DNA of 64,000 nt, taken from Clostridia bacterium (GTDB lineage Bacteria > Bacillota > Clostridia > Christensenellales > UBA1242). Each line of letters opens with the position of its first letter. The stretch's first letter is position 1. Positions 46,966 to 55,139 of the stretch are shown piece by piece. The position numbers and the translations under genes are program-made. Where the stretch lies: contig CAAGAD010000009.1 in the NCBI GenBank assembly GCA_900767715.1, positions 5,919-69,918 on the forward strand, read 5' to 3'. Under the pieces are notes generated by a model. It saw only the letters and a program-made list of their open reading frames with translations, was not told the DNA's origin and did not search any database.

Positions 46966-48429
46966 ATGCATTTGGCATTGTATAGAAAATATAGACCAAA
47001 GACTTTTGACGAAGTGATTGGACAAGACAACATTGTTACCACACTCAAAAACCAAGTCATAAAAGATGAAATCAGCCACGCATATCTGTTTACGGGCAGT
47101 CGCGGAACGGGTAAGACATCGTGTGCCAAGATTTTCGCTAGGGCAATCAACTGCTTGCACAACAAGAACGGCTCACCTTGTGGCGAGTGCGAAGTGTGTA
47201 AGGGGTTGGCGCAGGTTAATAACACCGACATTTTGGAAATCGACGCTGCCAGCAACAACCGCGTGGACGAAATTAGAGATTTGCGCGAGAGCGTGAAATA
47301 CCCAGCCATTGTGGGCAGACGAAAGGTGTATATCATCGACGAAGTACACATGTTGACAGACAGCGCGTTCAATGCTCTGTTGAAGACACTTGAAGAACCA
47401 CCAGAGAATGTGGTATTCATCTTGTGTACAACCGAAATGAATAAGTTGCCGGCGACCATTTTGTCGCGCGTGATTAAATTTGAATTCAACCTAGTTGATA
47501 CGGGCTTGTTGATTAACTTGCTCAAACGCATTTTCAATGACAGCAATATCAGTTATGACGAAGAAAGCCTTGAAATCATTGCCACAGCGGGCGACGGTAG
47601 TGTGCGTGACACGCTCAGCATTGCCGATGCGGTGGTGGCGTTCTGTGAAGGCAAGGTGACGGCGGATAGCACACTCAAAATTGTGGGCAAGTCGAGCATA
47701 GATATGCTTATGCCGGTTGTCAAAGCCATTTTTGACGGCGACGCAAAACAAGTGTTTGTCGAAGTCGATACTCTCAAAAAATCTGGAAAGAATATAAACA
47801 TACTTTTGAAAGATTTATGCAACCTTATTAAAGATTTCATTCTTATCAAAGGTGGAATTAAAGATTTGGCGCTATTACATTTGACAAATAAAAACTTTAC
47901 CGCTATAAATGATTTTGTACAGAACATAGACAAAGAACGACTGACATACGCATTTAATACGCTTTCGAGTGTGGAAATGGATTTGAAATTTTCGCTCGAC
48001 CCACAACTATTGTTCGAGTCGGCTTGCATTCGTGCAGGTGGCAGTGGAATCGCGCCCACAGTGGTGGCGCAGTCCGTCACACCCAGTCAACCCAAAAGCG
48101 CGCCCGTAGCGAACGAATCGGTACAGAAGCGTTGGGGCGAAGTGCTTTTGGCTATCAAAGATGAAAAATATTTCGCACTTGCCAGCGCCTGCAAGAATAT
48201 CTATAAAGTGGAGCAAAGGGGCGAAATTTTGTATTTGTACGTGTCGGACAGGTCGAGCCGTGAGATTTTGAATGACAGCGAGCGCGCCAGCGTTCTGCTC
48301 AAACTCACCAAACAGCGTTTTGAGAATATCTCGGGTTTGCAGTTTATGTATGACGAAGACAAGAAGTCTAGCGACGATTTGATTCAAGATTTAAGGACTG
48401 TGTTTCCAAACAATTTCAAGGTAGAATAA
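46966..48429 (+). CDS. dnaX: DNA polymerase III subunit gamma/tau
   Basis: YRKYRPKTFDEVIGQ, FTGSRGTGKTS, Zn module CLHNKNGSPCGECEVC, IIDEVHML, SRV. Confidence 0.95.
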   Translation: MHLALYRKYRPKTFDEVIGQDNIVTTLKNQVIKDEISHAYLFTGSRGTGKTSCAKIFARAINCLHNKNGSPCGECEVCKGLAQVNNTDILEIDAASNNRVDEIRDLRESVKYPAIVGRRKVYIIDEVHMLTDSAFNALLKTLEEPPENVVFILCTTEMNKLPATILSRVIKFEFNLVDTGLLINLLKRIFNDSNISYDEESLEIIATAGDGSVRDTLSIADAVVAFCEGKVTADSTLKIVGKSSIDMLMPVVKAIFDGDAKQVFVEVDTLKKSGKNINILLKDLCNLIKDFILIKGGIKDLALLHLTNKNFTAINDFVQNIDKERLTYAFNTLSSVEMDLKFSLDPQLLFESACIRAGGSGIAPTVVAQSVTPSQPKSAPVANESVQKRWGEVLLAIKDEKYFALASACKNIYKVEQRGEILYLYVSDRSSREILNDSERASVLLKLTKQRFENISGLQFMYDEDKKSSDDLIQDLRTVFPNNFKVE

Positions 48430-48438
48430 GGAGTAATT

Positions 48439-48768
48439 ATGAACAATTTTAGAGGCGGTTTTGGCGGAAATATGCAACAGATTATGCAACAAGCCCGCAA
48501 AATGCAGGAAGATTTGCAAAAGGCACAAGAAAACTTGGCTAACGAAACAGTGACAGGCAATGCTGGTGGCGGAATGGTTGAAGTGACTATGACCGGCAAA
48601 AAGATTATCACGGGCGTCAAACTCAAACGTGAAGCCGTTGACCCAGACGACGTGGAGATGTTGGAAGATTTAATCGTGGCAGCCATCAACGACGCGACCA
48701 AAAAGGCGGAAGAACTTGAAGCCAAGGTTATGGGACCTTATTCGTCAATGCTTGGGGGCTTGATGTAA
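48439..48768 (+). CDS. ybaB: Nucleoid-associated protein YbaB/EbfC
   Basis: MQQIMQQARKMQEDLQKAQENL...GGGMVEVTMTGKKIITGVKL...DPDDVEMLEDLIVAAINDA. Confidence 0.93.
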   Translation: MNNFRGGFGGNMQQIMQQARKMQEDLQKAQENLANETVTGNAGGGMVEVTMTGKKIITGVKLKREAVDPDDVEMLEDLIVAAINDATKKAEELEAKVMGPYSSMLGGLM

Positions 48769-49364
48769 TGAAAAATTTTGTCGAGCCATTGGAACGACTT
48801 ATCAACGAACTCACCAAACTGGGCGGAGTTGGCAAGAAAACGGCAGAACGCTATGCCTACTCAATCATCAATGGAAATGCGGAATGGGTGCACAATTTGA
48901 GTGAAGCCATTGCGGACGCCAAAGATAAGATTCACACTTGCGCAATCTGTGGTGACTTTACAGACAAGGAAATTTGTGATGCGTGCGCACGTGGAGCGAA
49001 CGAACCTATCATTTGTGTGGTCACCGAGCCGAAAGACATCAACGCGCTTGACCGCGTGCGTGACTTCAAAGGTGCGTATCACGTTTTGCACGGCGTAATC
49101 AGCCCGCTGGACAACAAAGGTCCAGACGATTTAAACTTGAAAAGTCTGCTTATGCGCATTCAAAAAGACCACATTCAAGAAGTCATCATCGCCACCAATC
49201 CGGACGTTGAAGGCGAAGCCACGGCAATGTATATCGCCAACCTTTTGAAACCATTGGGAGTGAAAGTTACGCGCCTTGCTACCGGCATTTCAATGGGCAG
49301 TGAACTTGAATACGCTGATGAACTTACTCTTTCTCGCGCCTTGAAAAATCGAACCGAAATATAA
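48768..49364 (+). CDS. recR: Recombination protein RecR
   Basis: LGGVGKKTAERYAY HhH, Zn finger CAICGDFTDKEICDAC, and Toprim EVIIATNPDVEGEATA. Confidence 0.96.
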   Translation: MKNFVEPLERLINELTKLGGVGKKTAERYAYSIINGNAEWVHNLSEAIADAKDKIHTCAICGDFTDKEICDACARGANEPIICVVTEPKDINALDRVRDFKGAYHVLHGVISPLDNKGPDDLNLKSLLMRIQKDHIQEVIIATNPDVEGEATAMYIANLLKPLGVKVTRLATGISMGSELEYADELTLSRALKNRTEI

Positions 49365-49392
49365 AAAAGACCGACGCTTGTCGGTTTTTTGT
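49363..49392 (+). terminator. Rho-independent terminator after recR
   Basis: aaaAGACCGAC-gctt-GTCGGTtttttt. Confidence 0.8.
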
Positions 49393-49520
49393 TTGCGTGA
49401 AATTACTTTTTTGTTTGCTCTTTGAGCAATCGACCGAAAGGTCGGCAGGGCAGAGTGCCCTGATACAGTGCTAAACGCACTGCGCACCGCCGAAGCGTTG
49501 CAAGGCAGAGACAAGGCAAC

Positions 49521-49546
49521 AAAAAAGTAGCGAGTGTAACGCTACT
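49521..49546 (-). terminator. Minus-strand terminator hairpin inside the left repeat (copy of the tRNA-Ile terminator)
   Basis: On the - strand: AGTAGCG-ttacact-CGCTACT followed by TTTTTT. Confidence 0.6.
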
Positions 49547-49550
49547 TATT

Positions 49551-49595
49551 TGGTTGGAATGAATGGACTTGAACCATCGACCTCTGCCTTATCAG
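49551..49595 (-). pseudogene. tRNA-Ile 3' fragment (anticodon loop to CCA), att-like remnant
   Basis: tggttggaatgaatggacttgaaccatcgacctctgccttatcag is identical to 60205-60249 of the intact tRNA-Ile. Identity ends at the 5' edge of the anticodon loop. Confidence 0.9.
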
Positions 49596-49680
49596 AAAAG
49601 TGTATGTTTTTGAGTGGGTTTATACGCATACCCTTAAATGTGCCTAAAATAAAGGATTTTGGACACATTAAAAAGTCTTT

Positions 49681-49780
49681 TGATGTCGAACAAAATTACA
49701 CACTTGACATCAGTTGACATCAAATGTGCACTTTTTAGTAAAATTATGTGGTCTAAAACTATATAAAACTGGCTAAAACT
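49681..49780. promoter_or_regulatory. Left-end motif arrays: TTGACATCA(AATG) repeats and three 10-bp-phased TAAAACT boxes
   Basis: tgatgtcgaa (49681-49690, inverted), ttgacatcag (49704-49713), ttgacatcaaatg (49714-49726). TAAAACT at 49754, 49764 and 49774. The same motifs recur at the right island end. Confidence 0.6.
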
Positions 49781-49893
49781 GCTTAATAAGGTTTATGTTA
49801 ACATTAAATCGCTTAAATCTAAAGGGTTTTCAATAATCAAATAGAAAAATCTGGAAAATTTTGTAAAAATAGAATGAAAAATATTGTAATTTA

Positions 49894-49902
49894 TGTTATA
49901 GT
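49894..49902 (+). promoter_or_regulatory. Possible extended -10 element (TGTTATAGT) for the island operon
   Basis: TGnTATAGT lies 18 nt upstream of the AAGGAGG RBS of the first island gene. No good -35. Confidence 0.3.
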
Positions 49903-49919
49903 AGAAAAAGGAGGAAATT

Positions 49920-50978
49920 ATGGATATACATTTTACTAAAGGAGGTATGTCACTGATTTTAAATAATCTATCAGACATAATAAAAAATGAAATTGCTGAT
50001 ATTAAACCTGAGAAAATAATAATCAACACGTCTTCTCAACCTAATAGTAAGCCTCATTTGGGTACACTAACAACATTAATGACTACATTTGCATTAGCAG
50101 AAAAGTTTCAATCTGAATTTAAAATTCCAACAATTGTTAGGTTTGACGAGTTAGAAAATAGTCCATTCGAAATAAATGGCCCATATTACATCTCGTTAGG
50201 AGATTACAAACTTAAAAATGGTAGTAGTATTGCTGACAATAATATGAAAACATATATTGATATTTTTGAGAAACTAAAAAACATTACAAATATTAATTAT
50301 GAGATTAGGACATATAAAGAGTTTCAGAAAATTAATGTTATTAGAGAGAATTTAATAACAATACTTAATAATCCCAACAAATTTGACAGGTACCTTAATC
50401 CATCAAATATAAGCACATATGTTAGGACGAAATGCCCTGAATGTAATCTTTCTTATTTCAATCCCAAAGTAAAAAAATATAGTGATCACATTGATTTTGA
50501 AGGTTCTTGTCCAGTGCATGGGAACTATCGTATTAGGCTGTTAAAAGACAATAGTGAATATATAGATATGAATACCCAATTAAGAGATTTATTAAAAGGC
50601 GTACATATAGCAAAGGAAAAAGAGAATCACATTCTCGAAATAATGTGTGATGGATCGGATTGGTCTGGGGAGTGGACTTCCAACGTCCATTACAAAACAA
50701 TGCTTGCGCTTGGATTTAATTCCATTACTACTAGATTTTTCACCCCAACTATTGTTGATGAAAGTGGAGGGAAATTTTCAAAAAGTGTTTATCTAAAAAA
50801 TGATAGTTATATTGGTGATGAAAAATTGTTTGCTGACTATAAGTTGTTCTATGATAAATACAAGGATGAGGGGTGGTTAAAGATATTTAATGAAGTAAAG
50901 AAATGGGTTAGTGAGCCCATGCGATTTTTCAGGAGTTATTCATGGGAATACATTAAATATATTTTAGAAAAGGAGTAA
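49920..50978 (+). CDS. Class I aminoacyl-tRNA-synthetase-like catalytic-domain protein (no anticodon-binding domain)
   Basis: HIGH-like SSQPNSKPHLGTLTTL near the N-terminus, KMSKS-like GGKFSKS near residue 285, and a Cys/His cluster CPECN...CPVHG. 352 aa. AAGGAGG RBS. Confidence 0.5.
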   Translation: MDIHFTKGGMSLILNNLSDIIKNEIADIKPEKIIINTSSQPNSKPHLGTLTTLMTTFALAEKFQSEFKIPTIVRFDELENSPFEINGPYYISLGDYKLKNGSSIADNNMKTYIDIFEKLKNITNINYEIRTYKEFQKINVIRENLITILNNPNKFDRYLNPSNISTYVRTKCPECNLSYFNPKVKKYSDHIDFEGSCPVHGNYRIRLLKDNSEYIDMNTQLRDLLKGVHIAKEKENHILEIMCDGSDWSGEWTSNVHYKTMLALGFNSITTRFFTPTIVDESGGKFSKSVYLKNDSYIGDEKLFADYKLFYDKYKDEGWLKIFNEVKKWVSEPMRFFRSYSWEYIKYILEKE

Positions 50979-50982
50979 AAAT

Positions 50983-51399
50983 ATGAGATGTTATATAGCT
51001 GGTCCACTATTCACGCAAGGAGATAGATGGTATTTGGAAAAAATAGATGAAATTTTAAAACGATATGGTATAAGTACATATTTGCCACATCGGGATGCTG
51101 GATTATGTCCATCAAATACAAATTCGACAAATTATTATTTTACTACAGATAAAGAGAATGTCTATGACTGCGATTTTATGGTTACAGTTCTTCATGGGAC
51201 TGATATTGATTCAGGTACAGCATGGGAAATTGGATGTGCTTATGCTTTAAATAAACCAATATTTTCTGTTGCCGAGGATATACGTATAGCTGAAAGAGTT
51301 GAAAATATTAATTTAATGATAAGTAATTCAACAAAAGTACATTACAACTTACAAGAACTTGAGAAATCAATAAAGGAATTTGTTAATAATGCAAGGTAA
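50983..51399 (+). CDS. Nucleoside 2-deoxyribosyltransferase-family protein (NDT/Rcl/BlsM-like N-glycosidase fold)
   Basis: MRCYIAGPLFTQGDRWY...GTDIDSGTAWEIGCAYALNKPIF, the family's N-terminal AGPLF strand and DSGT.WE(I/L)G catalytic-Glu block. Confidence 0.7.
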   Translation: MRCYIAGPLFTQGDRWYLEKIDEILKRYGISTYLPHRDAGLCPSNTNSTNYYFTTDKENVYDCDFMVTVLHGTDIDSGTAWEIGCAYALNKPIFSVAEDIRIAERVENINLMISNSTKVHYNLQELEKSIKEFVNNAR

Positions 51400-52036
51400 A
51401 TTGATAGCAATAGAAGGATTAAGTTGTTCTGGAAAATCTACAATTATGAACATTTTGAAGAACAAATTAAAAAACAATGAAAACAAATATATCTTTTGTG
51501 GTGGATTTGACTTGGATGAGCGTTCTAGTTCATTAACCAAATTGTGTAATCAAATGGCTCAACAAGCAACATTTCTAAAAATTAATTATATTGCAGAGTT
51601 TCACCTTCTAATTGCGGAAATGATGAATGAAGTATTTGAGAGAATAATTCCTGCAATAAACGCTGGGAAGGTTGTATTTTATAACAATTACATTAGTTCT
51701 GTTATTGCATTTGAAAAAGGAATATATTATTATGATAAGAAATTTAAAACTTATATTGACCAAACTATTGTTAATCTTAATAAACTCCACAAATTACCAA
51801 TTCCGGATATTATGATCTTTGTAAATGCATCAATCAGTACAACTGTAAAAAGACTTGAACTTAGAGACGACTATAAAGACAAAGAAGTAAACTTAATACA
51901 AAACAATATTTATGAAGAATATTTAAAAGTATTACCATCTGATACGATTATCATTGATAATGAAACAACTTTTGAGAATTTAAATTTAAATATAGAAAAA
52001 TTATTAGATAATTTGAAGGAGAAAAACATTTTATGA
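51389..52036 (+). CDS. Thymidylate kinase-like P-loop nucleotide kinase 1
   Basis: MQGKLIAIEGLSCSGKST P-loop in dTMP-kinase context. ~215 aa. Overlaps the preceding gene by 11 nt. Confidence 0.6.
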   Translation: MQGKLIAIEGLSCSGKSTIMNILKNKLKNNENKYIFCGGFDLDERSSSLTKLCNQMAQQATFLKINYIAEFHLLIAEMMNEVFERIIPAINAGKVVFYNNYISSVIAFEKGIYYYDKKFKTYIDQTIVNLNKLHKLPIPDIMIFVNASISTTVKRLELRDDYKDKEVNLIQNNIYEEYLKVLPSDTIIIDNETTFENLNLNIEKLLDNLKEKNIL

Positions 52037-52644
52037 AAAATTATTTTGTAGTTTTTGAAGGCCCAGATGGAGTTGGAAAATCAACACTTATAAAAGCGCT
52101 TGCAGAAAATTTAGCAGACCAACACCTGTCAGTAGAAATTGTAAATAAAGGAGTTGATTTTATTGATAATGCAATAGTAGAATTGAAAAAACCAAGTAAC
52201 TCTTTGTATAATATTAATGCACATTTTTTACTAGCAGCATCTAATAGTATATTGACATACAATGAAAAAAATAATTCTGCTTCAAATAAAATATATTTGA
52301 TAGACAGATATATCTATACAACAATTGCATACAATTGTGCATTAGGATTTGATTATAGAACCGCACAATTAATAGCAAAATTAGTGCCTGCACCTGATCT
52401 TGTTTTTTTATGTTGTTTAGATACAAGTGCTATGATTGAAAGAAAAAAGGAAATTGAAAGTATTGAGGTTGGCTTTAAAGAAATTAATCGGGAAAATTAT
52501 ATTGAGTATCAAAATAAAGTGAAGCAATATTATAATAAATTATTCACTTCAAATGATAAATTTGTAAAAGTCAACACTGATAACTTAAATACTGCTGTGA
52601 CATATACAAAAAAATACATTTTAGAACTTATAAAGGAGAAATAA
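52033..52644 (+). CDS. Thymidylate kinase-like P-loop nucleotide kinase 2
   Basis: FVVFEGPDGVGKSTLI P-loop and DRYIYTTIAY (the DRY..S..AY motif of Tmk). ATGA overlap with the preceding gene. Confidence 0.65.
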   Translation: MKNYFVVFEGPDGVGKSTLIKALAENLADQHLSVEIVNKGVDFIDNAIVELKKPSNSLYNINAHFLLAASNSILTYNEKNNSASNKIYLIDRYIYTTIAYNCALGFDYRTAQLIAKLVPAPDLVFLCCLDTSAMIERKKEIESIEVGFKEINRENYIEYQNKVKQYYNKLFTSNDKFVKVNTDNLNTAVTYTKKYILELIKEK

Positions 52645-53345
52645 TGTATACACAAAAAGATTATGAAAAATTAATAGAGGCAGTGTCTCAAATTAAGTTG
52701 CTTGAAGGTAAAAATAATGCAATGGGTAATTATAAAAATGCAGCATTAATATGCATTGATGCTGTTTTGTCTATCAATAGAAAGTATTATAGTTTTGTTG
52801 TCCCTAGAATAAAAATAATTCAAGAAAATTATCATGAAATTAATTCTTTAACTAAATTACAAAAATTAATTAAACGGTCTTCCATCGAAGAATTTTCAAA
52901 AATATGGAATTATAATCATCCACAAAGAATTAAAACATTAAGTAACTTGGTTGATAGATTAATAGCTTGTGCCGGCATTAAGGAATATGATAGTACAAAG
53001 ACAGAACTTGAGAAATTGCAAATGTGGGCAAAGACTGTTAACGCATATGACTATGACACATTTAATGTGCAAGGCATAGGAATTGCAACTTATCAGTATA
53101 TTAGAATGATGTTGGGAGCAAAAACTGTAAAACCAGATGTTTACATAAAGAGATATATTAATTCAGTCTTGAATAGAAAATTAAATGAAAAGGATTTAAT
53201 AGATGTTTTTGAAAGGGCTTGCCATAGCAATAATATAGATGTTTCCCAAGCAGACCACTCTCTTTGGAAACAAAATGCTAGAGATGTTGATGTACAATAT
53301 TTATGGGAAAATGACAAATGGATTTCAAGAGAGGTAGTAAAGTGA
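52644..53345 (+). CDS. Helical protein with a helix-hairpin-helix, DNA-glycosylase-like segment
   Basis: FNVQGIGIATYQYIRMMLGAKTVKPDVYIKRYI resembles the HhH-GPD pattern LPGVG.KTA..IL...G....VD.H..R. TAATG overlap with the preceding gene. Confidence 0.35.
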   Translation: MYTQKDYEKLIEAVSQIKLLEGKNNAMGNYKNAALICIDAVLSINRKYYSFVVPRIKIIQENYHEINSLTKLQKLIKRSSIEEFSKIWNYNHPQRIKTLSNLVDRLIACAGIKEYDSTKTELEKLQMWAKTVNAYDYDTFNVQGIGIATYQYIRMMLGAKTVKPDVYIKRYINSVLNRKLNEKDLIDVFERACHSNNIDVSQADHSLWKQNARDVDVQYLWENDKWISREVVK

Positions 53346-54439
53346 AAACTGTTAGCATAATCAAAGAAAAGTTGAAAAATGAAAAGCGTGTCATAATGAC
53401 ACCTGATCAAGTTCACGAATTAGTATCGTTGGGATATTCTGTTTTGGTTGAGTATGGGGCTGGAATTGGGTGCAACTATACTGATAACGAATATGAAAAA
53501 AACGGAGCAAAATTAGTAGATACTGATGAGGCATGGCTATCCGCCGACATTATATTGAAGTATAAAGCACCAACTGTTGAAGAATATAAATATTTTAGAA
53601 AGGGATTAAACATATGTGCCCTATTTCATGCTGAAAGTAACAAAAACTTAGTAGAAGAAATGTGCAAAAGCAGACTTAATGCATACACCTTTGAATTTTT
53701 AAAAACCGAGGATGATATTTTCCCTATGGCAAAATCAGGAGGTGAAATTGCTGGAAAATTTTCGATCATTATGGGGACTTACTTATTACAAAAACAATTT
53801 GGAGGTAGTGGTAAGTTTTTGGTACAGACTCGTGGTGTGAAACCATGTACTGTTGGGGTTATTGGGTATGGAAATGTTGGTGCGGCTGCTATAAAACTGG
53901 CAAGCGATTTAGGTGCTAGAGTAATTTGTTTTGGAAGAAATGTCGCTAAAATGAATAAACTATCAATTTCTTATAACAACAATGTATCGTTTGTGGAAAG
54001 TACTCAAGATAATTTTAAAAAATATTTATCGATGATAGATTTGTTAATAGGTTCTATTTTAATATCTACATATGACACCCCACCTTTGATAGAAAAAGAT
54101 GTAATTAGTTTAATGAAAAAAGGTTCAGTAGTAATTGATGTTACTTGTGGATATGGTAAAGGTTATTTACCCTTTATTGACAGGTATACAACTTTAGAAA
54201 ATCCTTACTATGAAAAGGATGGTTTAATATTTTCAAAAATAGATAATTTACCTTCGGCATATCCAGTTACTACGGTTGAAGCATACACAAGTAATGGCTT
54301 TCCTTATATAATAGACATTTTGAATTATATTTCCGGAGATAAAACAAAAGAAAAATTTGTGAGAACTTCAAAAATAATAGAAGATGGTAAGATAATTCAT
54401 CCAGTAATTAAACAACACATGGAGTTTTATGGAAATTGA
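53342..54439 (+). CDS. Alanine dehydrogenase / PNT-family NAD(P) oxidoreductase (AlaDH/CEOS-like)
   Basis: Collinear with AlaDH: EKRVIMTP, LKYKAP, LFHAES, GGEIAGKFS and the Rossmann motif VGVIGYGNVGAAAIKLASDLGARV. The AlaDH DQGG Asp block reads CGYGKG. GTG at 53342 (AGAGG RBS, GTGA overlap) is preferred over the ATG at 53318. Confidence 0.7.
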   Translation: MKTVSIIKEKLKNEKRVIMTPDQVHELVSLGYSVLVEYGAGIGCNYTDNEYEKNGAKLVDTDEAWLSADIILKYKAPTVEEYKYFRKGLNICALFHAESNKNLVEEMCKSRLNAYTFEFLKTEDDIFPMAKSGGEIAGKFSIIMGTYLLQKQFGGSGKFLVQTRGVKPCTVGVIGYGNVGAAAIKLASDLGARVICFGRNVAKMNKLSISYNNNVSFVESTQDNFKKYLSMIDLLIGSILISTYDTPPLIEKDVISLMKKGSVVIDVTCGYGKGYLPFIDRYTTLENPYYEKDGLIFSKIDNLPSAYPVTTVEAYTSNGFPYIIDILNYISGDKTKEKFVRTSKIIEDGKIIHPVIKQHMEFYGN

Positions 54440-55139
54440 TTACAATGTTCGTGCAACCCTAGAAGAAAATTTAGATAGTGATATTCCATGTATATTGGAA
54501 TTATTTAAAGGAAAAGACATTTCACAATTAAGTATCGCAGAAATTCCTTCAAACAAAGACAGAAATATAGCTTTGTGTAAATATTTTAATAAAGTTGAAA
54601 TGTATGATATCAATCAGCAAGTTATTCAAAATCTGAAAAATACTTATAAAATTAACAATTTAAAATTCGATATTTGTGATTTTACAAATGTTTCCAAAAT
54701 AAATGTTGATTGCTTAATAAGTATGCGACAGTCTTTTCAAATGTTTGATCTAGGGATGCTGAGAAATTTCTTTAAAAGTCTAAAGCTAAATAATAATATT
54801 AAATATTTGGTGTTTGATCTGTATAATTTTAACTCAAAAGATATGTCATATGCACCTTCTTATTTAACTAAATCCTGTGTGGTAAAATCGCGAGTTGATA
54901 ATGTAATCTATTTAAGGGAAACTAGTTTTAAAGTAATAGAAAATAAAGTACATTTGTGTCATAGATACTTTCAAGACGGTAATTTATGTTTTAAACACAA
55001 CATTTATATGTTTAATCATAATGTAAAAGATATAATCCATTTATTGAAAGAATATGGTTTTAAATTCACTATATATAATAAAAATTTCGATAAACAATAT
55101 CAAAGTGAATATCAAATATTTTTTGTAGAGGTGCTATGA
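54429..55139 (+). CDS. Class I methyltransferase-fold-like protein with a degenerate glycine loop
   Basis: Strand pattern LSIAEIPSN / VEMYDIN / KFDICDF / VDCLISM fits motifs I-IV of the Rossmann-like MTase fold, but the GxGxG loop is absent. Confidence 0.35.
   Translation: MEIDYNVRATLEENLDSDIPCILELFKGKDISQLSIAEIPSNKDRNIALCKYFNKVEMYDINQQVIQNLKNTYKINNLKFDICDFTNVSKINVDCLISMRQSFQMFDLGMLRNFFKSLKLNNNIKYLVFDLYNFNSKDMSYAPSYLTKSCVVKSRVDNVIYLRETSFKVIENKVHLCHRYFQDGNLCFKHNIYMFNHNVKDIIHLLKEYGFKFTIYNKNFDKQYQSEYQIFFVEVL

Larger units (their letters stand above)
49414..49595. repeat. Left copy of a ~182-nt direct repeat (hairpin-array flank plus 3' 45 nt of tRNA-Ile) bounding the island
   Basis: Matches 60067-60249 with only three small differences: one substitution, one substitution-plus-1-nt-insertion cluster, and one substitution. 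Confidence 0.9.

Noticed and set aside
49290-49514. 74-aa minus-strand ORF spanning the recR 3' end, the recR terminator and the hairpin array. A similar 94-aa ORF lies at 59892-60176.
   Set aside because: Both run through terminators and perfect hairpins, overlap recR antisense or a pseudo-tRNA, and have no RBS. Their similarity to each other is just the 182-nt DNA repeat. Treated as non-coding.
49414-49520. Possible SRP (4.5S/scRNA) gene, since ffs often neighbours dnaX-ybaB-recR in Firmicutes.
   Set aside because: I could not find the conserved domain IV features (GNAR tetraloop helix with the GGAAGCAGC-type strand) on either strand. The region is a string of short independent hairpins rather than one long helix.
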